The translations under genes and the position numbers were made by a program. A stretch of DNA of 44,874 bases from Planctomycetales bacterium 4484_113 (GTDB taxonomy: Bacteria > 4484-113), in contig MVCR01000005.1 in the NCBI GenBank assembly GCA_002050035.1, positions 1 to 44,874 of the forward strand. Direction: 5' to 3'. Under the pieces are notes generated by a model. It worked only from the letters and a program-made list of their open reading frames with translations. It was not told the DNA's origin and did no database searches. Positions 18,805 through 27,272 of the stretch are shown in pieces. Every line of letters starts with the position of its first letter. Position 1 is the stretch's first letter.

Positions 18805-18834
18805 ATTATCCTTCACCTACCCTTTGGCTGTCAA
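18805..18834 (-). promoter_or_regulatory. Sigma70 promoter TTGACA-18-GATAAT for the PLD/NHL operon
   Basis: Perfect -35 at 18834-18829 and -10 at 18810-18805. A second TATAAT lies at 18875-18870. Confidence 0.65.
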
Positions 18835-19010
18835 GGATAAGCCTGACCCCGCTCGGGGGTACCCGCTACATTATACCCCAGCACTGTCGCCCATCAAACT
18901 CGTGCCGCCCCGCGCATAGCATGGAGTCGCATACACACTAACCCCTTCGCAATTGCGTCGGCTAGAAGCCCTGCCCACTATCCCCGAGACAGATGCTCCG
19001 CCTGTCAGAT

Positions 19011-20309
19011 TCAAGCAAGCTGACGCGCTTTCAGGCTGAGGTAGCGATTCACTAGTTCCAGATTCAGTCGCTCGGCGAAAGTGCGCACGACCTCGATTCC
19101 CCCACGCCTCAACCTGCGGCACACTCTCTGTTTCTCCTGGAGGTAGGACAGCGCCGCCGCGTGAAGGTAAAAGCCATTCTCGTCTCTCGGCGACTCACTG
19201 GCCAAGGCACTCACCTCGGGAGTGTCGAGCATCACCACAATCACCTGATGCCGGTGGTTCATCATTTCCAGTGTCAGCATCGCGCGAGCGCCGGAAACGC
19301 AATCGGCAATCTCGGTCAGGATGAAGATAAGGGCCCGTCGAGGATGCTTCATTTGAAGGAAGGCATACAGATTGGCGAAATCACTCTCGCGGTGACGGGG
19401 ATGGAAGGGATAGAGCTCAGCCAGTACCTCTGGGCGGCGCGTGGGCGCGTGATAGAAGCGAACCTCACGGTCAAAGAGTAGGACCCCTAGTCGATCGTTC
19501 TGAAGCCGAGAGGCATAGCTCACTTGCACCACCGCATCCAGATATAAATCGAACCTGGTTCGCCCACCGATGGGAGCGAACATATTCCGTCCCGAATCCA
19601 GAGCCACGACAATCTCGCGGTTCTGCTCCGCACGATACTGCGTCACGATAGGGCGGCTCAATCGCGCGGTAGCCTTCCAGTTCACCTTTCTGTAGGCATC
19701 ATCGGGATGGTAGTCCCGTAGGCTATCGAAATCCGTGCCCTCGCCGTGCTGACGCAGCACCTGCAAACCTCGCTGGTACCACCGCCTTCGATGCAAGAAA
19801 GGCTCGAACGCGATGTAATCAGTGATACTCGGGTATATCTTGATAGAATCCCCCCGGTCGTAGCTACGTGTCATTAGCCACCAACCCCAGGGGCTGCCAT
19901 AGCGGAGATAGCTCGGACCGAGTTTCATCTCGCCGCGTTCACGGGCGGCGAACTCCACACGGAAGAGCCTCGCCTCCCCGGGAACCAGGTTGAACTTCGA
20001 GTCTGGCATCCGCTTGGGGAACGACTCCGACCAATCCTCTGCAAACTCGCCCCTCAGCCTCCGCTGCAGGTTGTTCACCACTTCCACCTCATAATGACCT
20101 TTGAGATTAACGCCCCAGATGTCAGGACTGCGACGAGTCACTAGTGGAGGTGACTCACGCCGCTGGCGGCGGTAGTCGATGAGAGCCACCAGCGCGATGA
20201 GAGCAAGGCCACCGGCGAAGCAGTAGTATCCCCGGTAGTCCCAGTGGGCAAGGTAGAGGAACCCCAAATTCAGCAGCAGAACAAGTCCTAGGTTCCGCGA
20301 AGGGATCAT
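19011..20309 (-). CDS. DUF58 domain protein (MoxR-associated, vWA-like)
   Basis: Two N-terminal TMs, RG, GEGTDFDSLRDYHPDD..R.VNWKATAR, ALDSGRNM, DRLG. Confidence 0.92.
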   Translation of the reverse strand: MIPSRNLGLVLLLNLGFLYLAHWDYRGYYCFAGGLALIALVALIDYRRQRRESPPLVTRRSPDIWGVNLKGHYEVEVVNNLQRRLRGEFAEDWSESFPKRMPDSKFNLVPGEARLFRVEFAARERGEMKLGPSYLRYGSPWGWWLMTRSYDRGDSIKIYPSITDYIAFEPFLHRRRWYQRGLQVLRQHGEGTDFDSLRDYHPDDAYRKVNWKATARLSRPIVTQYRAEQNREIVVALDSGRNMFAPIGGRTRFDLYLDAVVQVSYASRLQNDRLGVLLFDREVRFYHAPTRRPEVLAELYPFHPRHRESDFANLYAFLQMKHPRRALIFILTEIADCVSGARAMLTLEMMNHRHQVIVVMLDTPEVSALASESPRDENGFYLHAAALSYLQEKQRVCRRLRRGGIEVVRTFAERLNLELVNRYLSLKARQLA

Positions 20310-20388
20310 CGTGCTACTCATCCTATCACAGCGCTTGTGGAATCACGCACTATCGGTAAACGAACAGGAGGTTAATCCGCCGCAGGAA

Positions 20389-20631
20389 CTAGAAGAGCTT
20401 GTATATGAGGGCGAGAACGAAGTTGAGAATGAGAAAAGTGTATCCCAGCCGCCTCAAGAGCTGACGCTTCTTCTCCTCTACGCCAACCACGCCCCGGTAG
20501 GCATCGCTCGCCTGACCCGTAATGGCCGCGCCCAAGCCCTCGCTCTTCGTATTCAGCGCGAGCGTAATGAGAATCATCGCAACCGAAACGAAAGCAACAA
20601 CCAACAGAATCAGCGTCGCCAGTATGTCCAT
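20389..20631 (-). CDS. secG: Preprotein translocase subunit SecG
   Basis: 80 aa with two TMs flanking KSEGLGAAITG. AAGGAG SD before ATG 20631. Confidence 0.85.
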   Translation of the reverse strand: MDILATLILLVVAFVSVAMILITLALNTKSEGLGAAITGQASDAYRGVVGVEEKKRQLLRRLGYTFLILNFVLALIYKLF

Positions 20632-20638
20632 TGTACTC

Positions 20639-20676
20639 TCCTTCTGAATTGTAGCAGAAGGACGATTACAACTCAA
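20639..20676 (-). promoter_or_regulatory. secG promoter TTGAGT-17-TACAAT (extended -10) embedded in an 8-bp inverted repeat
   Basis: -35 at 20676-20671, -10 at 20653-20648. TCCTTCTG/CAGAAGGA arms at 20639-20646 and 20655-20662. Confidence 0.6.
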
Positions 20677-20710
20677 GCCGGAAGGGCAACCGAACCATCC
20701 TTCGCCTCAG

Positions 20711-22222
20711 CTAACGACCCTTGCCACCGAGAACAATTACGATGGTTCGCAGCAGAATGTAGATGTCAAACCAGACGCTGCAGTGTTTCACGTAATAGAG
20801 GTCATATTCCAGCTTGATCCGGGCCTCATCGACGCTGGCACCATAATGGAAGTTGACCTGCGCCCAACCGGTCATCCCCGGCTTGACCAGATGGCGGTAG
20901 CTGTAGCAGGGGATCTTCCGCCCAAGCAGATGCACGAATTCCGGCAACTCCGGTCGCGGCCCCACCAAACTCATATTGCCCCAAAGCACGTTCAAAAGCT
21001 GCGGCAACTCGTTGAGTCGATAGAGACGGAGGATACGCCCAAAGCGAGTCACACGGGAATCATTCACTGAAGCCCACTGGGAATCACTGAGTTCACGCGG
21101 CTGGTTCATAGTCCGGAACTTGAACACCAGTAGCCGGCGATTGCGACACCCGATTCGCGGCTGAAGGTAGAAGACAGCCCCGGGAGCATCCAGCTCAATG
21201 AAAGCGCTTATCACAAGTCCCAGCGGGAGTGCCAACAGGAAGAAGATTGAACCCAGCACAAGATCTAGAGTCCGCTTGGCAGCCAATGTCGCCGCACATG
21301 GCGGGGCAAGGTGCGCGTGTGCCCATTCTTCAGTCAGCGCTTCGACCGGAATGAGCCGCGCCGTCTGCCCGGCGAATTCGCTCAGAGACCACACCACCGC
21401 CCTAACCCCAGTCCGTCCATCTAACTGACGCGGCAAAACTCGCGTTCTCTCTTCATCCGCCACCACAGCTACAGACGAGCCGGCAGCCGGATCGAGCCCG
21501 ACCAATGCCTCATCATCCATGGCATTGTCTGGGCCATCATCAGATGGATTGGGAGTTCCAACTCTCTCCGGCTGAAGAAAAGGCCCCCAGGGCTGCGACG
21601 CCACGATTTCCGAGACGCGTCGGAACGCCAGCTCAGAACCCATCACAAGGAGCGGCATTTTCCACCGCCTGTCCGCCAGCACTCGCCATCCCAAAAGACG
21701 CAGCAACAGCCCGAGAACACCAAACAGGCACCCTCCCGCAAGTGGCAGTGGCCACAACGTTGAATGGTTCCCGCCGAAAAAACCCAGTACGAGGCTCGCG
21801 AGCAGAGCAATGAGAAGGGTTGTCTTGAGAAAACCTGCGACATCCGCTCTCCTGCGATGAGTCACACGTGTGTCGTAGTGGCGGTTTAGGTAGTACAGAA
21901 GAATCCAGCCGCCGAAAACCGCGAATACTGACCAGACAGCGGCAAGGCCGGAAGGTGGGGACCAACCGGAAACTTTCAGTATCATCCCAGCGACAAAGAG
22001 CGATAGGCCAAGCCCGACGCAGTCCAAGAGCAGAAGCAGAACCCGCCGCCAAGGCTGCGGCAGTGCGCGAGCACGCCTCACCGCTTGTGCAGTTTCCAGG
22101 GCATCCAATTCTCCAGCGAGGGTTTCTCTCATCCTGCGATTTCGGTAAGCTCCGAGCCACCCAAGCACACTGCGAGTTCTCGGAACACCCGCTCCTCCCA
22201 GTGTAGCAGCAATTCCCCGCAC
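20711..22222 (-). CDS. Polyprenyl-phosphate phosphoglycosyl transferase (WbaP/WcaJ/PglC-type sugar transferase)
   Basis: About four TMs, KRTLDL, FYLQPRIG, KFRTM, RVTRFG, ELPQLLNV, MSLVGPRPE, KPGMTGWAQV, DLYY. Start uncertain (alternative ATG 22132). Confidence 0.92.
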   Translation of the reverse strand: MRGIAATLGGAGVPRTRSVLGWLGAYRNRRMRETLAGELDALETAQAVRRARALPQPWRRVLLLLLDCVGLGLSLFVAGMILKVSGWSPPSGLAAVWSVFAVFGGWILLYYLNRHYDTRVTHRRRADVAGFLKTTLLIALLASLVLGFFGGNHSTLWPLPLAGGCLFGVLGLLLRLLGWRVLADRRWKMPLLVMGSELAFRRVSEIVASQPWGPFLQPERVGTPNPSDDGPDNAMDDEALVGLDPAAGSSVAVVADEERTRVLPRQLDGRTGVRAVVWSLSEFAGQTARLIPVEALTEEWAHAHLAPPCAATLAAKRTLDLVLGSIFFLLALPLGLVISAFIELDAPGAVFYLQPRIGCRNRRLLVFKFRTMNQPRELSDSQWASVNDSRVTRFGRILRLYRLNELPQLLNVLWGNMSLVGPRPELPEFVHLLGRKIPCYSYRHLVKPGMTGWAQVNFHYGASVDEARIKLEYDLYYVKHCSVWFDIYILLRTIVIVLGGKGR

Positions 22223-22304
22223 CCGCCACTCGTGGCGGTGTCCGACACTTCCATTCTCGCCCCGCCTTCGTTACAATATGAGGGTCAGGAGTGAACGAAC
22301 CACT

Positions 22305-23057
22305 ATGAGCGGTCACAACAAGTGGGCCAACATCCGTATTAGAAAGAGCGCGCAAGATGCCCGCCGTGGCAAGCTGTTCTCCAAGCTCATTCGCGAAGTA
22401 ACCGTAGCCGTAAAGGAGGGAGGCCCCGAGCCTGAGAACAACGCAGCCCTCAAGCTGGCCATCAGCAAGGCCCGGGACGCCAATGTCCCTAGGGATACGA
22501 TTGACAAGGCGATTGCACGCGCCTCTGGGGAAGGCGTAGGAAGTGCCTTTGAACGGGTAACCTATGAGGGCTACGGACCGCAGGGTATCGCGGTTATGGT
22601 TGACGTGCTCACCGACAACCGCAACCGCGCGGTTTCAGAAGTACGAAAGACATTTGCGCGCCATGGAGGCAATCTGGGCGAGAACGGCTGCGTCTCCTGG
22701 CTATTCAAGCGCAAGGGCCAATTCGCTATCGCCAAGGAAGGTCTGGATGATGACGATGTGCTGGAGCTGGTGATCGATTCAGGCGCCGAGGACTTCAAGG
22801 AAGAGGATGACGCCTACTACATCTACACCGACCCCGGTGACTTCGGCAAGGTGCGCGACTTCCTGGAAGCTCGCCGAGTTCACGTCCTGTCCTCAACCGT
22901 GACCATGATTCCAGACACCGTAGTCAAGGTGACAGACCAAAGCACCGCAGAGAAACTCATGCGATTGCTCTCGGCCCTGGACGAAAACGACGATGTGCAG
23001 CAGGTTTACGCCAACTGGGAAATGAGCGACCGGCTGCTGGAGAAGGTCGCCGGATGA
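22305..23057 (+). CDS. yebC: YebC/PmpR family protein
   Basis: MSGHNKWANI, YEGYGPQG, TDNRNR, DDVQQVYAN. Confidence 0.97.
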   Translation: MSGHNKWANIRIRKSAQDARRGKLFSKLIREVTVAVKEGGPEPENNAALKLAISKARDANVPRDTIDKAIARASGEGVGSAFERVTYEGYGPQGIAVMVDVLTDNRNRAVSEVRKTFARHGGNLGENGCVSWLFKRKGQFAIAKEGLDDDDVLELVIDSGAEDFKEEDDAYYIYTDPGDFGKVRDFLEARRVHVLSSTVTMIPDTVVKVTDQSTAEKLMRLLSALDENDDVQQVYANWEMSDRLLEKVAG

Positions 23058-23545
23058 TCCTCCTCGGCATCGACCCCGGCTACGAACGAATCGGCTATGC
23101 GATTCTCGAAGTGAGCAACGACCACCCTCCCGATTTGCTCTCAAGCGGGATCATTCATACGTCGCGCGAGCTTACGTTCTCGCGTCGCCTTAAACAGCTC
23201 AGCGATGAGCTGACCGCCTTGATAGAGCGATGGCAACCTGAGGAGCTAGCAGTTGAGCAACTCTACTGGGGCAAGAACGCGAAGACCGCCCTGGGCGTCG
23301 CCCATGCGCGAGGGGTCGTGCTGCTTGTCGGCGAGCAAGCCGGACTCACTGTTGCCGAATATGCACCCACGGAGCTCAAAGCTGGCTTGACAGGCGAAGG
23401 GCAGGCGAAGAAGCAGCAGGTGCGCTATATGGTGGAGCAGATGGTGGATATCCCCCCAGACAAGAACACGAAGGACGACGAATACGATGCTATTGCGGTG
23501 GCGCTGCTCCATGCGATGCGCAGAGGATTCACTTTCACGGGATAG
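23054..23545 (+). CDS. ruvC: Holliday junction resolvase
   Basis: LGIDPG, AVEQLY, AHARGV, KQQV, DDEYDAIAVAL. ATGA overlap with yebC. Confidence 0.96.
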   Translation: MILLGIDPGYERIGYAILEVSNDHPPDLLSSGIIHTSRELTFSRRLKQLSDELTALIERWQPEELAVEQLYWGKNAKTALGVAHARGVVLLVGEQAGLTVAEYAPTELKAGLTGEGQAKKQQVRYMVEQMVDIPPDKNTKDDEYDAIAVALLHAMRRGFTFTG

Positions 23546-23561
23546 GATGGAGAAACGCGAA

Positions 23562-24161
23562 ATGCTAGCATTCATAGAGGGACGCGTGGTGGAGTGCACA
23601 GGTGATGGGCGCACTGTGCTCAAGGTTGGGGATATGGGCATTGCGGTGGAGATGCTGCGCCGGGAAGCCCAGGCTTTGGAGCTTGACGAAGAAGTCCGTC
23701 TGCACACGGTGCTGCATATCTCGACTCAGGAGCCCAAGCCCACACTCTACGGATTCCTGCAGTCGGACGAGCGGGACATCTTCGAGTTGCTTCTGCGAAG
23801 CCACGGCATAGGACCGAGGGTTGCCATGACCCTTTTGGAACTGGAACCGGCAAGCCTCGTCGCAGCCATTGAGAACGAGGAGCTGGCGGTTCTCACTTCG
23901 GTGCCCGGAGTGGGAGCTAAGACCGCGCAGCGCTTGGTGCTGGAACTCAGAGGGAAGTTCAAGGAACTTGCCGAGAGACTCCCCGAAATCGCGATAGTCG
24001 CAGGTGCCCAGAGAGACCTTGCCGATGCACTGAGAGGACTCGGTTTCAGCCCGCGCGAGATATCGTCGGCGCTAGCAGCCTTGAAGAAAGCGGGACACGA
24101 AGTCGAACAGCTCCCCGTGGACGAGCTTCTCCGGCTGGTGCTCGGGGAAATGCGCCGTTAG
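23562..24161 (+). CDS. ruvA: Holliday junction branch migration protein
   Basis: MLAFIEG, LYGF, GIGPRVA and VPGVGAKTAQRLVLEL helix-hairpin-helix motifs, ALRGLGF. GGAG SD before ATG 23562. Confidence 0.95.
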   Translation: MLAFIEGRVVECTGDGRTVLKVGDMGIAVEMLRREAQALELDEEVRLHTVLHISTQEPKPTLYGFLQSDERDIFELLLRSHGIGPRVAMTLLELEPASLVAAIENEELAVLTSVPGVGAKTAQRLVLELRGKFKELAERLPEIAIVAGAQRDLADALRGLGFSPREISSALAALKKAGHEVEQLPVDELLRLVLGEMRR

Positions 24162-24184
24162 CCGCAGGCGCACGGGCCACGCTT

Positions 24185-24550
24185 TCACTCCCCCATGAGC
24201 CGCTTCCTGATCCGCTTCACTTCCTCCTCCGGCCGGAGATGTACCTCAACTTCATCCACTTCGACTCCGTAGTCTCTCTCCAACCGCGCACGCAGCTCAC
24301 GAGCACTCGATTTGAGAGCCATCCGAGCCACACTGCTGGAGACCATCAGCACCAGAATCCGTCGACTCTGCCCGGCATCCACCTCTTCGCGGATGACGGA
24401 AGGGGTTGCATATGGCCGCAAGGACTCGTCCAGAGCAAGAAAGGCGAGGTGCAGTTCCTGCTCCTCAGCCGCGAGCTGCTTCACGCGCTTGGGCAGGGAA
24501 TCCCAATAGCGGCGCAAGATATCTCCGAGGCGGCTCTCCTCAGTCATCAC
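24185..24550 (-). CDS. DUF721/DciA-like protein (putative helicase loader)
   Basis: LGDIL N-terminus and LVLMVSSSVARMALK....LRARL...G..V.EV pattern resembling DUF721. Divergent. Confidence 0.55.
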   Translation of the reverse strand: MMTEESRLGDILRRYWDSLPKRVKQLAAEEQELHLAFLALDESLRPYATPSVIREEVDAGQSRRILVLMVSSSVARMALKSSARELRARLERDYGVEVDEVEVHLRPEEEVKRIRKRLMGE

Positions 24551-24604
24551 TGACCAGTTTAAGCGAATCCAGTGCTTCTTGCCAGGTTTTCAGACGGTCA
24601 AGCC

Positions 24605-25258
24605 TTAAGCGTCATCCTTGCGGAAGCTCACCTCTATATCCTCACCGTAGAGGACGACCGCAGCGCTCATTGCCAGGAGAGCACCCGGATTCACGAACAC
24701 AGTGCCACGGTGCCGGTCAATTCCCCGTGCCTCGTGGATGTGCCCCGACAGCACCAGCCGCGGTTTCAATCGATCCACCAATTTCCGCAGGCTCTGGCTG
24801 CCCACGTGTTTCCCCTCTGAAACGGCATCCCGATAGCCATGAGCAGGCTGGTGCAGCACCAGTATCTCGGTATCCTCAGCCACCCGAGACAAGCTGTCGG
24901 CAAAGGTTTCGTCATCTTCCTCAAACGGAGTTGGGCTCGGACAGGGGATGGAACCGCCCTTGCCAGCGAATCTCAAGCCGCCAATCTCCAGCTGGCGATT
25001 GTGCAAGCTGACAATACCCTCCGCTTTCTCCAAATCAAGCAGGATGTCCCGCGGATCACAGTTGCCAGGAACGACCACCACTTTGCTTGCCAGCGATGCC
25101 AGATCTCGGATAGCCTGACGAGCGAAGCTCATCGGCGAGAAGGTAATGAAATCTCCCAGGAAAACCACGACATCCGGAGCCTCGGCATCCGCGAGCTCGC
25201 AGAACCAATTCATTCCCCTGGCGTTGTTATGAAGGTCAGCTCCAACCAGTAGTTTCAT
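24605..25258 (-). CDS. Calcineurin-like metallophosphoesterase
   Basis: DLH, GD, GNCD, LHQP, GHIHE, VNPG motifs. Confidence 0.93.
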   Translation of the reverse strand: MKLLVGADLHNNARGMNWFCELADAEAPDVVVFLGDFITFSPMSFARQAIRDLASLASKVVVVPGNCDPRDILLDLEKAEGIVSLHNRQLEIGGLRFAGKGGSIPCPSPTPFEEDDETFADSLSRVAEDTEILVLHQPAHGYRDAVSEGKHVGSQSLRKLVDRLKPRLVLSGHIHEARGIDRHRGTVFVNPGALLAMSAAVVLYGEDIEVSFRKDDA

Positions 25259-25346
25259 CTTCCCTCAATAATTGCGCAGTTTGCCCGCAGGGATGGGAGT
25301 GTACGCTTCATCTCGGTCACCCGAAACCCCCGCTGAGGTCGCGAGC

Positions 25347-25381
25347 ATTATATCACGGCAGCGGGACAGCTCTGGTATAAT
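25347..25381. promoter_or_regulatory. Back-to-back extended -10 promoters (TGaTATAAT on minus, TGgTATAAT on plus)
   Basis: Perfect TGnTATAAT on both strands (25355-25347 minus, 25373-25381 plus) between divergent genes. Confidence 0.7.
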
Positions 25382-25387
25382 CGACCG

Positions 25388-25894
25388 ATGAATCCAGCGC
25401 TGGTCAGTTCCTTGCTGCAGGACATCCAAGCTGTGGTGCTCATCACGGCGGCCGCGGCAATTGCTATCGCCGTATGGTGGGCCTTTACCTTGTATCGCAG
25501 GTTTTCCGTTTCTGCGAACAGAACCGCGGAGAATCTAGCTGAGTTTACCGCAGCACTCCGCGATGAAGAATTGGCACATAAGCTCTCACTGCTCTTTGAC
25601 CAGCTCCGCAACGCTGCGGAGAACGTCGCCGGAGCGTCGAGAGAGCTTCAACAGTTCCTGGCAAATGAGGAGTTCGTCGCACTGCCGGCAGAGAGCCGGC
25701 ATGCCATCGCCCGATTCCACGAATCGATGAAGAGCTTCACCGCAGCCCTGAACCGGGTGGATGCTTATCTGAAACTGCCCGAGCAGACCAAGCAGAAGTT
25801 GGACCTCCTCAAGCAGGTGGTGTCGGCCGTCGGGGCAGGTATCGCCGCGGGCTGGGAAGACCTTCGAGGGAAGAAAGGTCCCAAGAGTAACTAA
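25388..25894 (+). CDS. Membrane-anchored coiled-coil protein (DUF948/YtxG-like)
   Basis: N-terminal TM, amphipathic helices, position directly upstream of a YtxH gene as in ytxGH. Confidence 0.55.
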   Translation: MNPALVSSLLQDIQAVVLITAAAAIAIAVWWAFTLYRRFSVSANRTAENLAEFTAALRDEELAHKLSLLFDQLRNAAENVAGASRELQQFLANEEFVALPAESRHAIARFHESMKSFTAALNRVDAYLKLPEQTKQKLDLLKQVVSAVGAGIAAGWEDLRGKKGPKSN

Positions 25895-25920
25895 GCACTG
25901 CGTCTCCCACTCCTCTCCTC

Positions 25921-25931
25921 TGTGCTATAAT
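25921..25931 (+). promoter_or_regulatory. Extended -10 promoter TGTGCTATAAT for the YtxH gene
   Basis: Perfect TGnTATAAT followed by AGGAGG and ATG 25956. Confidence 0.7.
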
Positions 25932-25955
25932 GTATTTGGATCTAGGAGGATTGAT

Positions 25956-26282
25956 ATGTGCACGGACGAACATGGAGACGCAACAGGACGAAACCTGGGC
26001 GTTCTCATAACTGGCTTCATTCTCGGAGCGCTTACTGGAACCGCGCTCGGGCTCTTCTTTGCGCCCAAGTCTGGTCGCGAGCTCAGACAGGAGGTTAAAG
26101 AGAAAGGTGGCGAGTATTACGGGCTGGCCAAGGAGAAGCTGGCCGAGGCGTACGAAGCAGGAAAGCAGAAAGGCGCTGAACTCAAGGAGAAGGTGACCGC
26201 CACCGCCGCGAAAGTGAAAGATAGCGTGGACACGGGCGTGAAGAAAGCCAAACAAGCACTGAAGAAGGAATCCGAGGAATAA
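25956..26282 (+). CDS. YtxH domain protein
   Basis: GFILGALTGTALGLFFAPKSGRELR signature and Lys/Glu/Ala-rich tail. Confidence 0.93.
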   Translation: MCTDEHGDATGRNLGVLITGFILGALTGTALGLFFAPKSGRELRQEVKEKGGEYYGLAKEKLAEAYEAGKQKGAELKEKVTATAAKVKDSVDTGVKKAKQALKKESEE

Positions 26283-26353
26283 GCCCGGTTCGCAAACTCA
26301 ACGGCTTCGCTCCGCAGGGATCATCTTCGATGCGTGCCTTGAAAAGGTAAAGC

Positions 26354-27265
26354 GTGAAGGAGCTAATCCTACTCACTCGTCATCCCGACCTCCCTACAGT
26401 TTCCTCGTTTCTCCGGGCGGCTGATGACTTGGGCATTCCAGCACGCGTGCTACTTCCTGACGAGCTGCGCATTCTCCGTGAGAGACCCACTCCGTCATCA
26501 GGATCACTTCATGTGTATACTGCCGAGGGGGACTCACTGGAACCGCCGGGACTGGTGCTTCCCAGAGTCGGCTCAACTTCCGATGAGCGCACGATTAGCA
26601 CCGTGCTGGCACTCGAGCAGGCTGGATTCACTATGGTGAATCGCGCTCATTCACTTGAGCGTGTTCGCAGCAAGCCAAATGCGCTGATGGAGCTTGCCGG
26701 AGCCGGCTTTCCAACCCTGCCCTTCGCCTATCTGCGATTCCCCCGGCAGCTGGGAGTGGAAGTGCGGCGGCTGGGAGGTCTACCCCTGATGGTGAAGTTC
26801 ATCCGGGGAACGCAAGGGTTGGGCGTAATGAAGGTGCACGACCTTGGAACCGCAAGCGCCCTTGTCAATTCCTTCAACGCGCTCGGCTACGACGTCTATC
26901 TCGAGAAGTGCATCAGTCGCCGGGAGAAGCATGACTTGCGGCTGGTCGTTGTGCGAGGGAGGGTGCTGGCGGCAATGCGACGGATGCCGGCCCGCGACGA
27001 TTACCGTGCCAATGTCCATCGCGGAGCTCGGACGGCGGCTCACATCCCGACTCCTGAAGAGACCGAATTGGCCGAGAAAGTCAGCCGGTTCTTCAAGCTG
27101 GGACTGGCGGGTGTGGACTTGCTGCGTAGCCGCAATGGTATCGCCCTGCTGGAGATCAACTCCAGCCCAGGGCTGGAAGGCATCTCCGAAGCAACTGGCA
27201 GGAACCTGGGAAAGGAAGTCCTCCTGGAGTTTTACCCTCGATTGAAGCGCAAGCACAACAGGTAA
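26354..27265 (+). CDS. RimK/LysX-family ATP-grasp ligase
   Basis: PLMVK..RGTQGLGV, DLRLVVV.G.VLAAMRR, DYRANVHRG, AGVDLL, LEINSSPG.EG. Confidence 0.92.
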   Translation: MKELILLTRHPDLPTVSSFLRAADDLGIPARVLLPDELRILRERPTPSSGSLHVYTAEGDSLEPPGLVLPRVGSTSDERTISTVLALEQAGFTMVNRAHSLERVRSKPNALMELAGAGFPTLPFAYLRFPRQLGVEVRRLGGLPLMVKFIRGTQGLGVMKVHDLGTASALVNSFNALGYDVYLEKCISRREKHDLRLVVVRGRVLAAMRRMPARDDYRANVHRGARTAAHIPTPEETELAEKVSRFFKLGLAGVDLLRSRNGIALLEINSSPGLEGISEATGRNLGKEVLLEFYPRLKRKHNR

Positions 27266-27272
27266 GACCGAC

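Noticed and set aside
18835-19010. Riboswitch or ncRNA in the larger intergenic regions (also 25259-25346, 27921-28032, 31880-32012, 38902-39086)
   Set aside because: Only short, imperfect stems; no aptamer consensus, tRNA cloverleaf or T-box that I could recognise. An Rfam/Infernal scan would be needed to exclude them.
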